Assembly: GCA_963737655.1 (NCBI GenBank)
Contig: CAVTTN010000002.1
Span: forward strand, 2,464,001 to 2,528,000
Direction: 5' to 3'
From: an uncultured Planctomycetota bacterium
Lineage (GTDB): Bacteria > Planctomycetota > Planctomycetia > Isosphaerales > Isosphaeraceae
DNA: 64,000 bases
Position numbers and translations under genes: made by a program. The notes below the pieces were generated by a model, which saw only the letters and a list, made by a program, of their open reading frames with translations, searched no databases and had not been told where the DNA came from. Positions 40,502 through 51,103 of the stretch are shown one piece after another. Within the stretch, counting starts at the first letter, position 1. Each line of letters starts with the position of its first letter.

Positions 40502-40507
40502 TATAAT
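40502..40507 (+). promoter_or_regulatory. Putative -10 element for nadA
   Basis: Perfect TATAAT in a GC-rich divergent intergenic region. Confidence 0.45.
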
Positions 40508-40582
40508 AAGAGCGACGTGGGCGGACGGAATAGACCGGCGGGCCGAAGATCCGCGCCCCCGCCGCCCCAATGGGACACGATC

Positions 40583-41698
40583 ATGCCCTCGGCTCCCTCC
40601 GCGCCCCCGGGACTCGCCCCCCTGCCCTTCGCTCCGTTCCGGGACCTCCCGCCGGACGAGCTGGCCGATCGCATCCTCGCCGTGAAGGCCGAGATGGGCG
40701 ATCAACTCCTGATCCTCGGCCACCACTACCAGCAGGACGAGGTCATCCGGTTCGCCGACCTCCGCGGCGACAGCTACAAGCTCGCACGGATGGCCGCCGA
40801 CAGCACATCCTGCCGCTGGATCGCCTTTTGCGGCGTCCACTTCATGGCCGAGACCGCCGACGTCCTGACCGGGCCGGGGGTGGACGTGATCCTCCCGGAC
40901 CTGGCCGCCGGGTGCAGCATGGCCGACATGGCCGACCTCGACGCGGTGGAGGCCGCCTGGTCCGACATGGCCGAGGTCCTCGACGTGGGCGACGTGATGC
41001 CCGTCACCTACATCAACTCGGCCGCCGACCTCAAGGCGTTCTGCGGGCGGCACGGGGGGATCGTCTGCACGAGCTCCAACGCCCGGGCCGTTTTGGAATG
41101 GTCGTTCGCCCGGAGGAGGCGCGTCCTGTTCTTCCCCGACCAGCACCTCGGCCGCAACACGGCCCGGACGATGGGCATCCCCCTGGAGCAGATGCCGTCC
41201 TGGGCCCCCCATCAGCCGATGGGAGGGAACGCCGAGGCCGCGATCCGCGACAGCCGGGTGATCCTCTGGCGAGGCCATTGCTCGGTCCACCAGATGTTCC
41301 GCCCGTCCCACGTGGACGACTTCCGCCGCAAGTACCCGGACATCACGATCCTGGTCCACCCCGAATGCCAGATGGCGGTGGTGGACAAGGCGGACCTCGT
41401 CGGCTCGACCGAGTTCATCCTCAAGACGGTGGCCGAGGCGCCCGCCGGATCGACCTGGGCCGTGGGCACGGAGCTCCACCTGGTCAATCGGCTGGCCCAG
41501 GAGCATCCGGACAAGAAGGTGATGTTCCTGTCGCCGATGGTCTGCATGTGCGCCACGATGTACCGGATCGACCCGCCCCACCTGGCGTGGGCCCTGGAGA
41601 ACCTGTCCCGGGGCACCCCGGTGAACGTGGTGAAGGTGCCCGAGGAGACGGCGACCTGGGCCCGGGTGGCCCTGGAGCGGATGCTGGAGGTGCATTGA
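40583..41698 (+). CDS. nadA: Quinolinate synthase
   Basis: GHHYQ, CGVHFMAE, AGCSMA, YINS, CTSSNA, HPEC and CATM motifs. Confidence 0.95.
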   Translation: MPSAPSAPPGLAPLPFAPFRDLPPDELADRILAVKAEMGDQLLILGHHYQQDEVIRFADLRGDSYKLARMAADSTSCRWIAFCGVHFMAETADVLTGPGVDVILPDLAAGCSMADMADLDAVEAAWSDMAEVLDVGDVMPVTYINSAADLKAFCGRHGGIVCTSSNARAVLEWSFARRRRVLFFPDQHLGRNTARTMGIPLEQMPSWAPHQPMGGNAEAAIRDSRVILWRGHCSVHQMFRPSHVDDFRRKYPDITILVHPECQMAVVDKADLVGSTEFILKTVAEAPAGSTWAVGTELHLVNRLAQEHPDKKVMFLSPMVCMCATMYRIDPPHLAWALENLSRGTPVNVVKVPEETATWARVALERMLEVH

Positions 41699-41731
41699 CC
41701 GACCGGCGGCGAGCGTCCCGAACCCGGCCCC

Positions 41732-42877
41732 GTGGCGAGGATCGGCTTGAGCGATTCACTCTGGGAATGTCCCCGATGCCGGACGCCCAACCCCTGGGCC
41801 TCGTACATCCGGGTCTGCATGGCGTGCGGAGAGCCCCGTCCTCCCGAGGACGCACGGGCCGCGTTCGCGCCGAAGCCCGAACCGCCGCCGACGAAGCCGC
41901 CTCGGCCCCTCCTGGCGGTCGCCTCGTGGGCGTATCTGGCCGCCTCTCTGATCGTCCTGGCCCTGGAGAAAGGGCTGGGTGACCGCTGGTGGCCGGCGAC
42001 GGTCTTGATGTTCGCCCCTCGGTGGATCGGGCTCGCCCCGTGGCCGATCCTGGTCGTCCCGGCGGTCCGGCGGAAGCGGTGGCGGCTGGCGGTCGTCCCG
42101 ATGGTCGCGGCGGCCGTCGTCGCCGGGCCCCTGATGGGCCTTCGCCTGCCGGTCGCCTCCCTGTTCGCCCGGGCGCCGAAGGGGGATTCGATCCGCGTCC
42201 TGACCCTCAACCGGGGCGGGGAACCCCTGGACTCCGCCCGCCTCGTCGCGTTCCTGGTCGACCAGGAGATCGACGTGATCTGCTTCCAGGAGGGCCGGCG
42301 CGATGCCTTGCTCGACGACTTCCTCTCCTCCTGGGCGAGCGATCCGGCCGGCAAGGTCTTCAGCCGATTGCCGATGGTCCAGTCGCTGGCCCCGGTCGAC
42401 GTCGATTTCGAGACCTACGGCGAGTGGGGCGTGCGGGTCACGAGGATGGCGGTGAAGGCCCCCTCCGGCCGGGTGATCCTGGTGGCCAGCGCCCACATGC
42501 CGACGATGAGCCAGGGGTTCCCCTACCTGCTTCGCGGCCAGTTCTCCGCGTTCCGCCGCTACCGGGACTGGCGGAGCCGGCAGGTGGAGGAGCTCAAGGG
42601 GGTCCTCCGCCAGTCCCCGGGCTTGCCCGTCCTCCTGTCGGGCGACTTCAACATGCCGCCGGACAGCCCGATGATGAAGGCCCTCCGGCGTGACTACGCC
42701 TCGGGCTTCGAGGCCGTCGGCTGGGGCTACGGCTACACCCGGCCCGCCACCGTCCCCTGGATCGGGATCGACCGCATCCTCGCCGGCCCGGAGTTCCGGT
42801 TCGTCTCCTGCCGGGTCGGCCCCTCGTTCGGCTCGGACCACCGCTCGATGATCGCCGAAGTGGTCTTGACTCGATGA
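41732..42877 (+). CDS. Endonuclease/exonuclease/phosphatase family membrane protein with N-terminal zinc ribbon
   Basis: WECPRC..N..CMAC, three TM segments, LTLN, FQE, GDFN, IDRI and GSDH motifs. Confidence 0.85.
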   Translation: MARIGLSDSLWECPRCRTPNPWASYIRVCMACGEPRPPEDARAAFAPKPEPPPTKPPRPLLAVASWAYLAASLIVLALEKGLGDRWWPATVLMFAPRWIGLAPWPILVVPAVRRKRWRLAVVPMVAAAVVAGPLMGLRLPVASLFARAPKGDSIRVLTLNRGGEPLDSARLVAFLVDQEIDVICFQEGRRDALLDDFLSSWASDPAGKVFSRLPMVQSLAPVDVDFETYGEWGVRVTRMAVKAPSGRVILVASAHMPTMSQGFPYLLRGQFSAFRRYRDWRSRQVEELKGVLRQSPGLPVLLSGDFNMPPDSPMMKALRRDYASGFEAVGWGYGYTRPATVPWIGIDRILAGPEFRFVSCRVGPSFGSDHRSMIAEVVLTR

Positions 42878-42895
42878 GATGGGGCCTCCTCGACC

Positions 42896-42960
42896 GTAGG
42901 GTGCATGAAAGGCACCATCTTCGATGGTCTCCGGAAGATGGTGCCTTTCCTGCACCCGAC
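42896..42960. repeat. REP family A doublet
   Basis: GTAGGGTGCATGAAAGGCACC ... GGTGCCTTTCCTGCACCCGAC. Confidence 0.9.
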
Positions 42961-43079
42961 AAGGCGCGCCCTCCGAGGCACACCCCTTGCACGGCCGGTC
43001 TGCTATAGTGGCCACGAAACGGACACCGACGCCCCAGCGACGGCTCGCCCGGCCCCCTGATGATGGAAACGAGACGATC

Positions 43080-45330
43080 ATGCCCACCCGAACCGCCCCC
43101 GAGGCGTCTCCTCCCCTCGTCTCGCCCCAGGACCTGGACCTGATCATCCACTCCGCCCACTGGGACGCCTTCTCGATCCTCGGCCCTCACGAGATGGGCA
43201 CCGATGGCGCGAAGGGCCTGGTCATCCGCGCGTTCATCCCCGAGGCCGCCCGCGCCTGGGTCGTGGACCTCTCCTCGGGAGAGCCGGGTCGGAAGGTCGA
43301 GATGCAGAGGCTCCATCCCGACGGCTTCCTCGTCGCCACGTTCCCCGGCAAGTCCCCCGGGATGCCCTACCGCCTGGCCGTCGAGAACCACGAGGGCCAC
43401 GCCTGGGAATTCGTCGATCCTTACCAGTTCGGGCCCGTCCTCACGGACTTCGACCTCCACCTCCTCGCCGAAGGCACCCACTACGACAGCTACGAGAAGC
43501 TCGGCGCCCACGTCCGCGAGCATCAGGGCGTCCGAGGGGTCCATTTCGCCGTCTGGGCCCCGAACGCGCAGAGGGTCAGCGTCGTCGGCGACTTCAACCA
43601 CTGGGACGGCCGCCGCCACCCGCTGCGCAATTGCGGCACCGGCGGCCTCTGGGAAGTCTTCATCCCCGGGCTCGGCCAGGGCGAGGTCTACAAGTTCGAG
43701 ATCAAGAGCCGGCACCACGGCTACCTCGTCGCCAAGGCCGACCCCTACGGCTTCTTCGCCGAGCACCGGCCCAAGACCGCCTCGATCGTCTGGGACATCA
43801 CCCGGTTCGCCTGGAATGACTCCCGATGGATGGAGCAGCGCGCCGGCCGGCAGGGCCTGGACGCGCCGATCTCGATCTACGAATGCCACCTCGGCTCCTG
43901 GAAACGCAAGGTCGAGGAGGGGAACCGGTTCCTGACCTATCGCGAGCTGGCCGACGAGCTGGTCGTCTATCTGAAGGGGCTGAACTACACCCACGTCGAG
44001 CTCCTGCCGATCAACGAGCACCCGTTCGACGGCAGTTGGGGCTATCAGCCCGTCGGCTACTTCGCCCCGACCGCCCGGTTCGGCACGCCCGATGACTTCG
44101 CGTACTTCGTCGACACCTTGCACCGCCACGACCTCGGCGTGATCCTCGACTGGGTGCCTGCCCACTTCCCCCGGGACGTCCACGGCCTGGGCTACTTCGA
44201 CGGCACGCACCTCTACGAGCACGAGGACCCCCGGCTGGGCGAGCATCGCGACTGGGGCACCAAGATCTTCAACTACGGCCGCGCCGAGGTCCGCAACTTC
44301 CTGTTCGGCAACGCGCTTTTCTGGCTGGAGCGCTACCACATCGACGGCCTCCGCGTGGATGCCGTGGCGTCGATGCTCTACCTCGACTATTCGCGGAAGC
44401 CCGGCGAGTGGGTCCCGAACCAGTTCGGCGGCAACGAGAACCTCGACGCCATCGACTTCCTCAAGAGGCTCAACGAGGTCTGCCACGCCCGCCACCCCGG
44501 CATCATCACGGCCGCCGAGGAATCGACGAGCTGGTCGGGCGTGTCGCGGCCCACGTACCTCGGCGGCCTCGGCTTCAGCCTGAAGTGGAACATGGGCTGG
44601 ATGAACGATACGCTCGTCTACATGTCCAAGGACCCCGTGTATCGCAAGTACGAGCACGGGGCGCTCACGTTCAGCCTGATCTACGCCTTCACCGAGAACT
44701 TCCTGCTGCCGCTGTCCCACGACGAGGTCGTCCACGGCAAGGGGTCGCTCCTGGACAAGATGCCGGGGGACGTCTGGCAGAAGTTCGCGAATTTGCGGCT
44801 CCTGTACGGCTACATGTGGGGCCACCCGGGCAAGAAGCTTTTGTTCATGGGCTGCGAGATCGGCCAGTGGCGCGAGTGGAAGCACGACGAGAGCCTGGAC
44901 TGGCACCTCCTGCAATGGCCCGACCACCAGGGGCTCAAGGCGGCTCGTCGGCGACCTCAACGCCCTCTACCGGAACGAGCCGGCGCTCCACCAGGTCGAT
45001 TTCGAGTGGACCGGGTTCGAGTGGCTGGAGCTCCACGACTGGGAGAACAGCGTCCTGGCGTTCCTCCGACGCGGCCGGATGCCCGGCGAGGAGATCGTGG
45101 TCGTCTGCAACTTCACGCCCGTGGTGAGGTACGGCTATCGGATCGGCGTCCCCTCCGGCGGGTTCTATCGCGAGCTGATGAACACGGACTCGCATTGCTA
45201 CGGGGGCTCCAACGCCGGGAACTCCGGGGGGACCTGGGCGCGGCCCGAGGCCCACTCCGGCCGGCCGTTCCACCTCGAATTGACCCTGCCCCCGCTGGCG
45301 GTCCTGTTCCTGAAGGCCCAAAATTCGTAG
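43080..45330 (+). CDS. glgB: 1,4-alpha-glucan branching enzyme, frameshifted near 44940
   Basis: [27 protein letters not shown] and [10 protein letters not shown] motifs. After GLK the frame shifts to [17 protein letters not shown]...CNFTP...LTLPPL. Confidence 0.95.
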
Positions 45331-45476
45331 GGTGCATGAAATGCACCAATCCGAGGCGGGCGACGCCCGCCCACCTCGGCTTGCTCCTTACTCCGTGAGG
45401 ATTCGAAGCGGATTCAGGGCGGGTAGGGTGGGCGGCCTTCGGCCGCCGCGTGTCTGGTGCATTTCATGCACCCTAC
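45327..45476. repeat. REP family A doublet enclosing another GTAG palindrome
   Basis: A arms at 45327 and 45456; GTAGGGTGGGCGGCCTTCGGCCGCC at 45423. Confidence 0.85.
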
Positions 45477-45528
45477 AGATCGCGCCGTTCACGTACCTTC
45501 CAGGGACATTCGAGCGAGACCGGGCCCG

Positions 45529-46308
45529 ATGATCGAGCTTTCCGGCGTGACCCAGCATTACGGGGTCCGCCCCGTCCTCCGAACGATCGATCTCCAGGTC
45601 CGCAAGGGGGAGCTCGTCGTCGTCCTCGGACCCAACGGGATGGGCAAGAGCACCCTCCTCGGCGCGATGGGGGGCGTGCTCGCGCCCGAGCAGGGCACCG
45701 TCTCGATCGGCGGGATCGTCCGCCGGGGCTCGGTGGATGACGAGCTCAAGATCCGCCGGATGGCCGTGTACCTGCCCGATCGCCCGTGGCTCCCGGGCAA
45801 TCGCACCGGCCGGGAATTCCTGCTCGGCGTGGGCCGGCTCTACGAGATCCCGGACGCCCGGTTGATCGAGCACGTCCCCCGGCTCCTCGAACTCTTCGAG
45901 CTTGCCGCGAAGGCCGATTCGCCGATCCGGGGGTATTCCGCCGGCCAGCAGAAGAAGACCGCGTTGTGCTCGGCGCTGGTGGCCGAGACGCCCGTGATGA
46001 TCCTGGACGAGCCGTTCTCCGGCGGGCTCGACCCCTCCGGCCTGCTCGCCCTGAAGCGGGTATTGCGGCACCTCGTCGAGAAACGGGGCGTGACCGTGGT
46101 GCTCTCCAGCCCGGTCCCGGAGCTCGTCGAGGAGATCGCCGACCGCATCCTGATCCTCCAGGAAGGCCAGGTGCTCGCCTTCGACTCGCTCGACGGCCTC
46201 CAGCGAGCCACCGGCACCCGGGGCAATCTCGGCCAGGTCCTCGAACGGCTGATCTTCCCCGAGACCACGAGGAACCTGGAGCATTACTTCGAGGACTACA
46301 CCTCATGA
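45529..46308 (+). CDS. ABC transporter ATP-binding protein
   Basis: GPNGMGKST, YSAGQ and ILDEP motifs. Confidence 0.92.
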   Translation: MIELSGVTQHYGVRPVLRTIDLQVRKGELVVVLGPNGMGKSTLLGAMGGVLAPEQGTVSIGGIVRRGSVDDELKIRRMAVYLPDRPWLPGNRTGREFLLGVGRLYEIPDARLIEHVPRLLELFELAAKADSPIRGYSAGQQKKTALCSALVAETPVMILDEPFSGGLDPSGLLALKRVLRHLVEKRGVTVVLSSPVPELVEEIADRILILQEGQVLAFDSLDGLQRATGTRGNLGQVLERLIFPETTRNLEHYFEDYTS

Positions 46309-47465
46309 TGGGCCGATTCCGGTCCCTCCTGCCGCCGGCCTCGGCCCTCGTGGCGTTCGCCGCGTCCATGATCCTCGCCGAGCTCCCGATGCTGGCCTTC
46401 GTTCGCAGGCCGTTCTGGGTCCCTCCGCCGGAATTGCTCTATCCGGCGTTGATGGTCCACGTCCTGGCCGCGCTGGCCTACGGGGCCTACCGCTGCGCGG
46501 GGTTCCACCCGTTCTATCGGGCGAGCTATCGGGCCTGGCTGGAGACGACGCCCTGGACCTGGCGGCTCCCCCTGCCCGCCGGCCCGGTCCGCCTGGTCTG
46601 GGAGGACGCGGTGATCGTCTCGGCGGGGGGCCTGCCCGTCTGGTTGCATGGCGGCATCTCGCCGCTGGCGACGATGAGCCTGGTCCTCGGCTCGTACCTG
46701 TTCCTCCTGAGCTTCACGTTCGGGGCCACCGGGGCCTGGGGATTCGGCTATCTCGTCCAGGTCGCCGTGGCGCTGGCGCTGAGGCTCCGCGAGGTCTCGC
46801 CGATCGACTACTCCGGGGCGATCCTCGTCGGATACCTCGTGGGGATGATCGGGCTGTCGCGATCGCTCCGGTCCTGGCCGTGGTCGGGCCTGCCCGTCCC
46901 GGACCTCCAGAAGCTGGCCCAGACCGGCACCCCCGCGACCCCCGAGAACGCCCTGGGTTGGCCCTTCGATCGCCTCGGGCCGCGCGTGGAGCCGCCCCGA
47001 CCGGGGAGGAAACCGATCGACCCGCTGCTGACCAGCCTGGTGATTGGCTGGTGGATCTACGCCGGGCAATATCTGATCCCCACTCCCCAGAACCGCTGGA
47101 TCGTCCTCCGAATGCTCCTGGGCTACGGCAGCTTCGGCGGCGCACTCGCCCGGCTTGGGATCTTCACCACCGGCTATTCGTCTCCCATCAGCCTGGTGGC
47201 GCGAATCGTCCGGCTCCGCCCGCTCGTGCCGAGTTATGACCAGGTCTTCGCGGCCCCTCTCGTGGCATTCCTGACCGGCACCGTCGGGCCTCCGATCCTC
47301 GACCGCCTCGGCGTGCCGACCGATTTCGTCGTCCCGATCGCGGCGAGCCTCGTCCTGATCGCCCTGACGATGGGAGGGCCGGACCGCAAGCGATGGCAGT
47401 TGACCGCCCGGCATCGCGCCGTCCCGGCCGTCAACGCCAGGGGCGGATTCGTCCAGGTGGGCTGA
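46305..47465 (+). CDS. Multi-pass membrane protein (likely ABC permease partner)
   Basis: ATGA coupling; about 10 hydrophobic segments. Confidence 0.75.
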   Translation: MMGRFRSLLPPASALVAFAASMILAELPMLAFVRRPFWVPPPELLYPALMVHVLAALAYGAYRCAGFHPFYRASYRAWLETTPWTWRLPLPAGPVRLVWEDAVIVSAGGLPVWLHGGISPLATMSLVLGSYLFLLSFTFGATGAWGFGYLVQVAVALALRLREVSPIDYSGAILVGYLVGMIGLSRSLRSWPWSGLPVPDLQKLAQTGTPATPENALGWPFDRLGPRVEPPRPGRKPIDPLLTSLVIGWWIYAGQYLIPTPQNRWIVLRMLLGYGSFGGALARLGIFTTGYSSPISLVARIVRLRPLVPSYDQVFAAPLVAFLTGTVGPPILDRLGVPTDFVVPIAASLVLIALTMGGPDRKRWQLTARHRAVPAVNARGGFVQVG

Positions 47466-47619
47466 GGCGAGGAGACGATCCGGGACGTTTCCTCCTCGCC
47501 TCGCCGTGGCACGTGGGTGGGGGCGAGGGGGACGGGCACCGGCGACGACACCGGAGCCCGTCCCCGTTTCCCTGGCGGGAGGCCGACGCCCCCTCCGCCG
47601 TGCGGCTGGACTCGGTTTC

Positions 47620-48699
<1,080 letters not shown>

Positions 48700-48746
48700 G
48701 ATCGCGCCTCCCTCGGAAGGGTCTCGTTCCTGTACGTTAGCTCACT

Positions 48747-48776
48747 ATTCTAACCACGGGATCGGCATCGAGTCAA
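48747..48776 (-). promoter_or_regulatory. Sigma70-type promoter of recA
   Basis: TTGACT-N18-TAGAAT on the minus strand. Confidence 0.6.
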
Positions 48777-48815
48777 TCGGAGATGAGCCGTAATTCGAGG
48801 TCGGTCGTCGGTCCG

Positions 48816-49421
48816 TCACAAATCCTTGCTGTCCAGGGATTTTCGATCCCGGAGCGGGCAGCGATTCAGGGCGAGATAGGCGGAGCCCTCGGGGGTTGGC
48901 GCGGAGGCGAACGTGACGACCTCCCCGGCCGAGAAGGCCCCGGCCGACCAGCGCTCGTAGTGGCGGAGCAAGGCCCCGACATCGGGCGACGGGCCGCGAC
49001 CGGGCTTCATCCGGCCGAGGGTCACGTGAGGGGAGAAGCGGTCGTCCTCGGGCGGATAGCCGACCGACGCGGCGGCCCCGGCCACGGCGTCGCGAAGCGC
49101 CTTCAACGCCTCCGAACCCGGGCCGCTCAGGCCGACCCAGACGACCCGGGGCCGTTCCGCGTTCGGGAACACGCCCAGGCCCGCCGCGATCAGAGGGAGG
49201 GGAGGGAACGGACTCGCGGCCTCGGCCACGGCGAGGCACAGCGCGTTCAGGTCGCCCACCGGGATATCGCCGAGGAACGCCAGGGTCACGTGAAAGTCTC
49301 TCGGGGCGGTCCAGCGGCATCCGGGGAGGCTCGGCGCGATCAGGCCCTGGAGCCGGGCGAGCTTCTCGGCCTTCTCCTCGGGGATCGTCAGGGCGATGAA
49401 CGTCCGGGTGGGGCGGCTCAT
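48816..49421 (-). CDS. thpR: RNA 2',3'-cyclic phosphodiesterase (2H family)
   Basis: RTFIAL, HVTLAFLG, PRVVWVG and FSPHVTLGR motifs. Confidence 0.92.
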   Translation of the reverse strand: MSRPTRTFIALTIPEEKAEKLARLQGLIAPSLPGCRWTAPRDFHVTLAFLGDIPVGDLNALCLAVAEAASPFPPLPLIAAGLGVFPNAERPRVVWVGLSGPGSEALKALRDAVAGAAASVGYPPEDDRFSPHVTLGRMKPGRGPSPDVGALLRHYERWSAGAFSAGEVVTFASAPTPEGSAYLALNRCPLRDRKSLDSKDL

Positions 49422-50890
49422 GGGCGTTCGCCCTCCTCGTCGGGGATCTGCTGGAACACGTCGTCGGGGAGCTCGGGCAAGGGCGGGGGCTGGCGGCGCT
49501 GCTCTACCTTCCAGAGCCGAGAGCCGATGTCGTACCCGGGGTCGCGTTCGGAGAGCCGGCCGAAGGTGCCGCCGTCGTCGATGCCGTCGCGACCGACCGA
49601 GTAGACCGAGACCCCGTCCTCGAACGCTCGGAGCTTGATCGGCCGGCCGTCGAACGGGTCGATCGGCCGTCGGGGGAGGAATTTCGGGTCGATGGCCTCG
49701 ATCGTCCCGGGCAAATCGCCGTGGGCCTGGCGATGCCTCTCCGCGGCCACGAGGACGACGCCGCTCCTCAACTGCCCCGTGATCCGGAACGTGGCGCGGC
49801 CGGCGGGGACGATCGAGGCCATCGTCGCATGGGCGATGAAGCCGAGCGAAGGGCTCCCGGCATCCTTCGGGGGCTCGACGGACTTCGTCCACTCGGCCCA
49901 GCCCGAGGGCTGCTCCGGAGGGGGCCGCCTGGCGATCTCGACGGCCTGGTTGAGCATCGAGAGCATCAGGGCGTGCGTCGCCCGGAAGTAGAACGGCCGG
50001 GCCGGGGCGAACCAGAAGGGGCCGTCCGAATTCGCCTGGCCGGAGGACTGCGAGACGGTCATCTCGCCCGAGGTCCACCGCGAGCAAACGTCGTGGGCGT
50101 TGGCCCGCTCGCCCCGGAGGCCCCAGAGGAGCCGAGGCTCGTCGGCCTCGTCTTCCAGGGCCGCCTGGATCGAGGCGAGGGCGGATTCCGAAGGCTCGCC
50201 CTGGGCCAACACCGTCTGGACGGCCTCCAATGCCGTGCCGTCGATCGCGATCCGCACCAACTGCGAGATCATCAGCGGCTCATCGCCGATCGCCCGGGCG
50301 GTGTTGAGCAGGGCCCGGCAGGATTCCAGGGCGCCGTCGAGGTCGCCGTCGTGGGCCCGGAGCTTGACGTCGAGGCTCAGCAGGGCGGCGACCTGGCGGG
50401 CGTCCTGGAGATGCTCCAGAGAGCTTGTGGCGAACGTCACGCCTTCTTTCAGGGGAAACCGCCCGAGAGGAGCATCGGCCAGACGGCGGGCGTTGCGGAG
50501 GGCCCCGGCCTGCTCTTTCAGGACTGACCGGACGGTCGCGGCCTGAGGATCGGTCAGCCTCTGGTTCGGCGGGCGAGTCCCCCGGCGATCGAAGATCTCC
50601 TCCAGTCCCGGGTTCGACCAGTTCGACGGAAGGAGGGATCGGGCTTTTGCCACGATCTCGGCCGAATTGTTCCCGGGAGGGACGGTCTTCCGGCTCTTGA
50701 GGAGGTCGGGCAGCCGCCATCCCGGGTCGAGCCGATCCGCCTCGCTCACGGCCCGGACCACGGCGCGATCGAGGCTCCTCAGCGAGGCCCACCACGTCAC
50801 CCCGGCCACGCCAGAGACGACCAGGGCGATCATCAGGACGATCGTGCGGCGACGGAACCGGCGTTTCGGCGGTGGAGGGGTCGCGGTCAT
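49418..50890 (-). CDS. Membrane-anchored hypothetical protein, paralog 1
   Basis: TM segment, DP.WRL, IGDEP..ISQLVR, DPFDG and YSVG.DG.DDGG motifs. Confidence 0.85.
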   Translation of the reverse strand: MTATPPPPKRRFRRRTIVLMIALVVSGVAGVTWWASLRSLDRAVVRAVSEADRLDPGWRLPDLLKSRKTVPPGNNSAEIVAKARSLLPSNWSNPGLEEIFDRRGTRPPNQRLTDPQAATVRSVLKEQAGALRNARRLADAPLGRFPLKEGVTFATSSLEHLQDARQVAALLSLDVKLRAHDGDLDGALESCRALLNTARAIGDEPLMISQLVRIAIDGTALEAVQTVLAQGEPSESALASIQAALEDEADEPRLLWGLRGERANAHDVCSRWTSGEMTVSQSSGQANSDGPFWFAPARPFYFRATHALMLSMLNQAVEIARRPPPEQPSGWAEWTKSVEPPKDAGSPSLGFIAHATMASIVPAGRATFRITGQLRSGVVLVAAERHRQAHGDLPGTIEAIDPKFLPRRPIDPFDGRPIKLRAFEDGVSVYSVGRDGIDDGGTFGRLSERDPGYDIGSRLWKVEQRRQPPPLPELPDDVFQQIPDEEGERP

Positions 50891-50995
50891 GACGAAGGGG
50901 TCCGGTCCCGGGTGCGGGATGAGGCGAACCCTCAGTCTCGCCGGACGTTCGCCGGGGATCAAGCGTCTCGACCGGTCCGTCATCGCGAGAGAGTC

Positions 50996-51080
50996 GGGTG
51001 GCATGCCTACGTCTTCGTCAGCATGTCTTCGAGTGGAGCTTGACCGCAGGCATGCTGACGCAGACGTAGGCATGCCACCC
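50996..51080. repeat. REP family B doublet, 85 bp
   Basis: GGGTGGCATGCCTACGTC ... GACGTAGGCATGCCACCC. Confidence 0.9.
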
Positions 51081-51103
51081 AAGAAGAGAGGATGGGCAGT
51101 CCG

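Noticed and set aside
37169..40582. 1509-aa NadA fusion
   Set aside because: The upstream part is the antisense shadow of two kinase genes. NadA motifs start after 40583.
44930..44950. Programmed frameshift in glgB
   Set aside because: No slippery heptamer. One extra G explains it, as with the other indels.
50891..51082. REP-encoded N-terminal extension of paralog 1
   Set aside because: The paralog begins just before its TM segment, which favours ATG 50890. There is no coupling evidence for the longer start.
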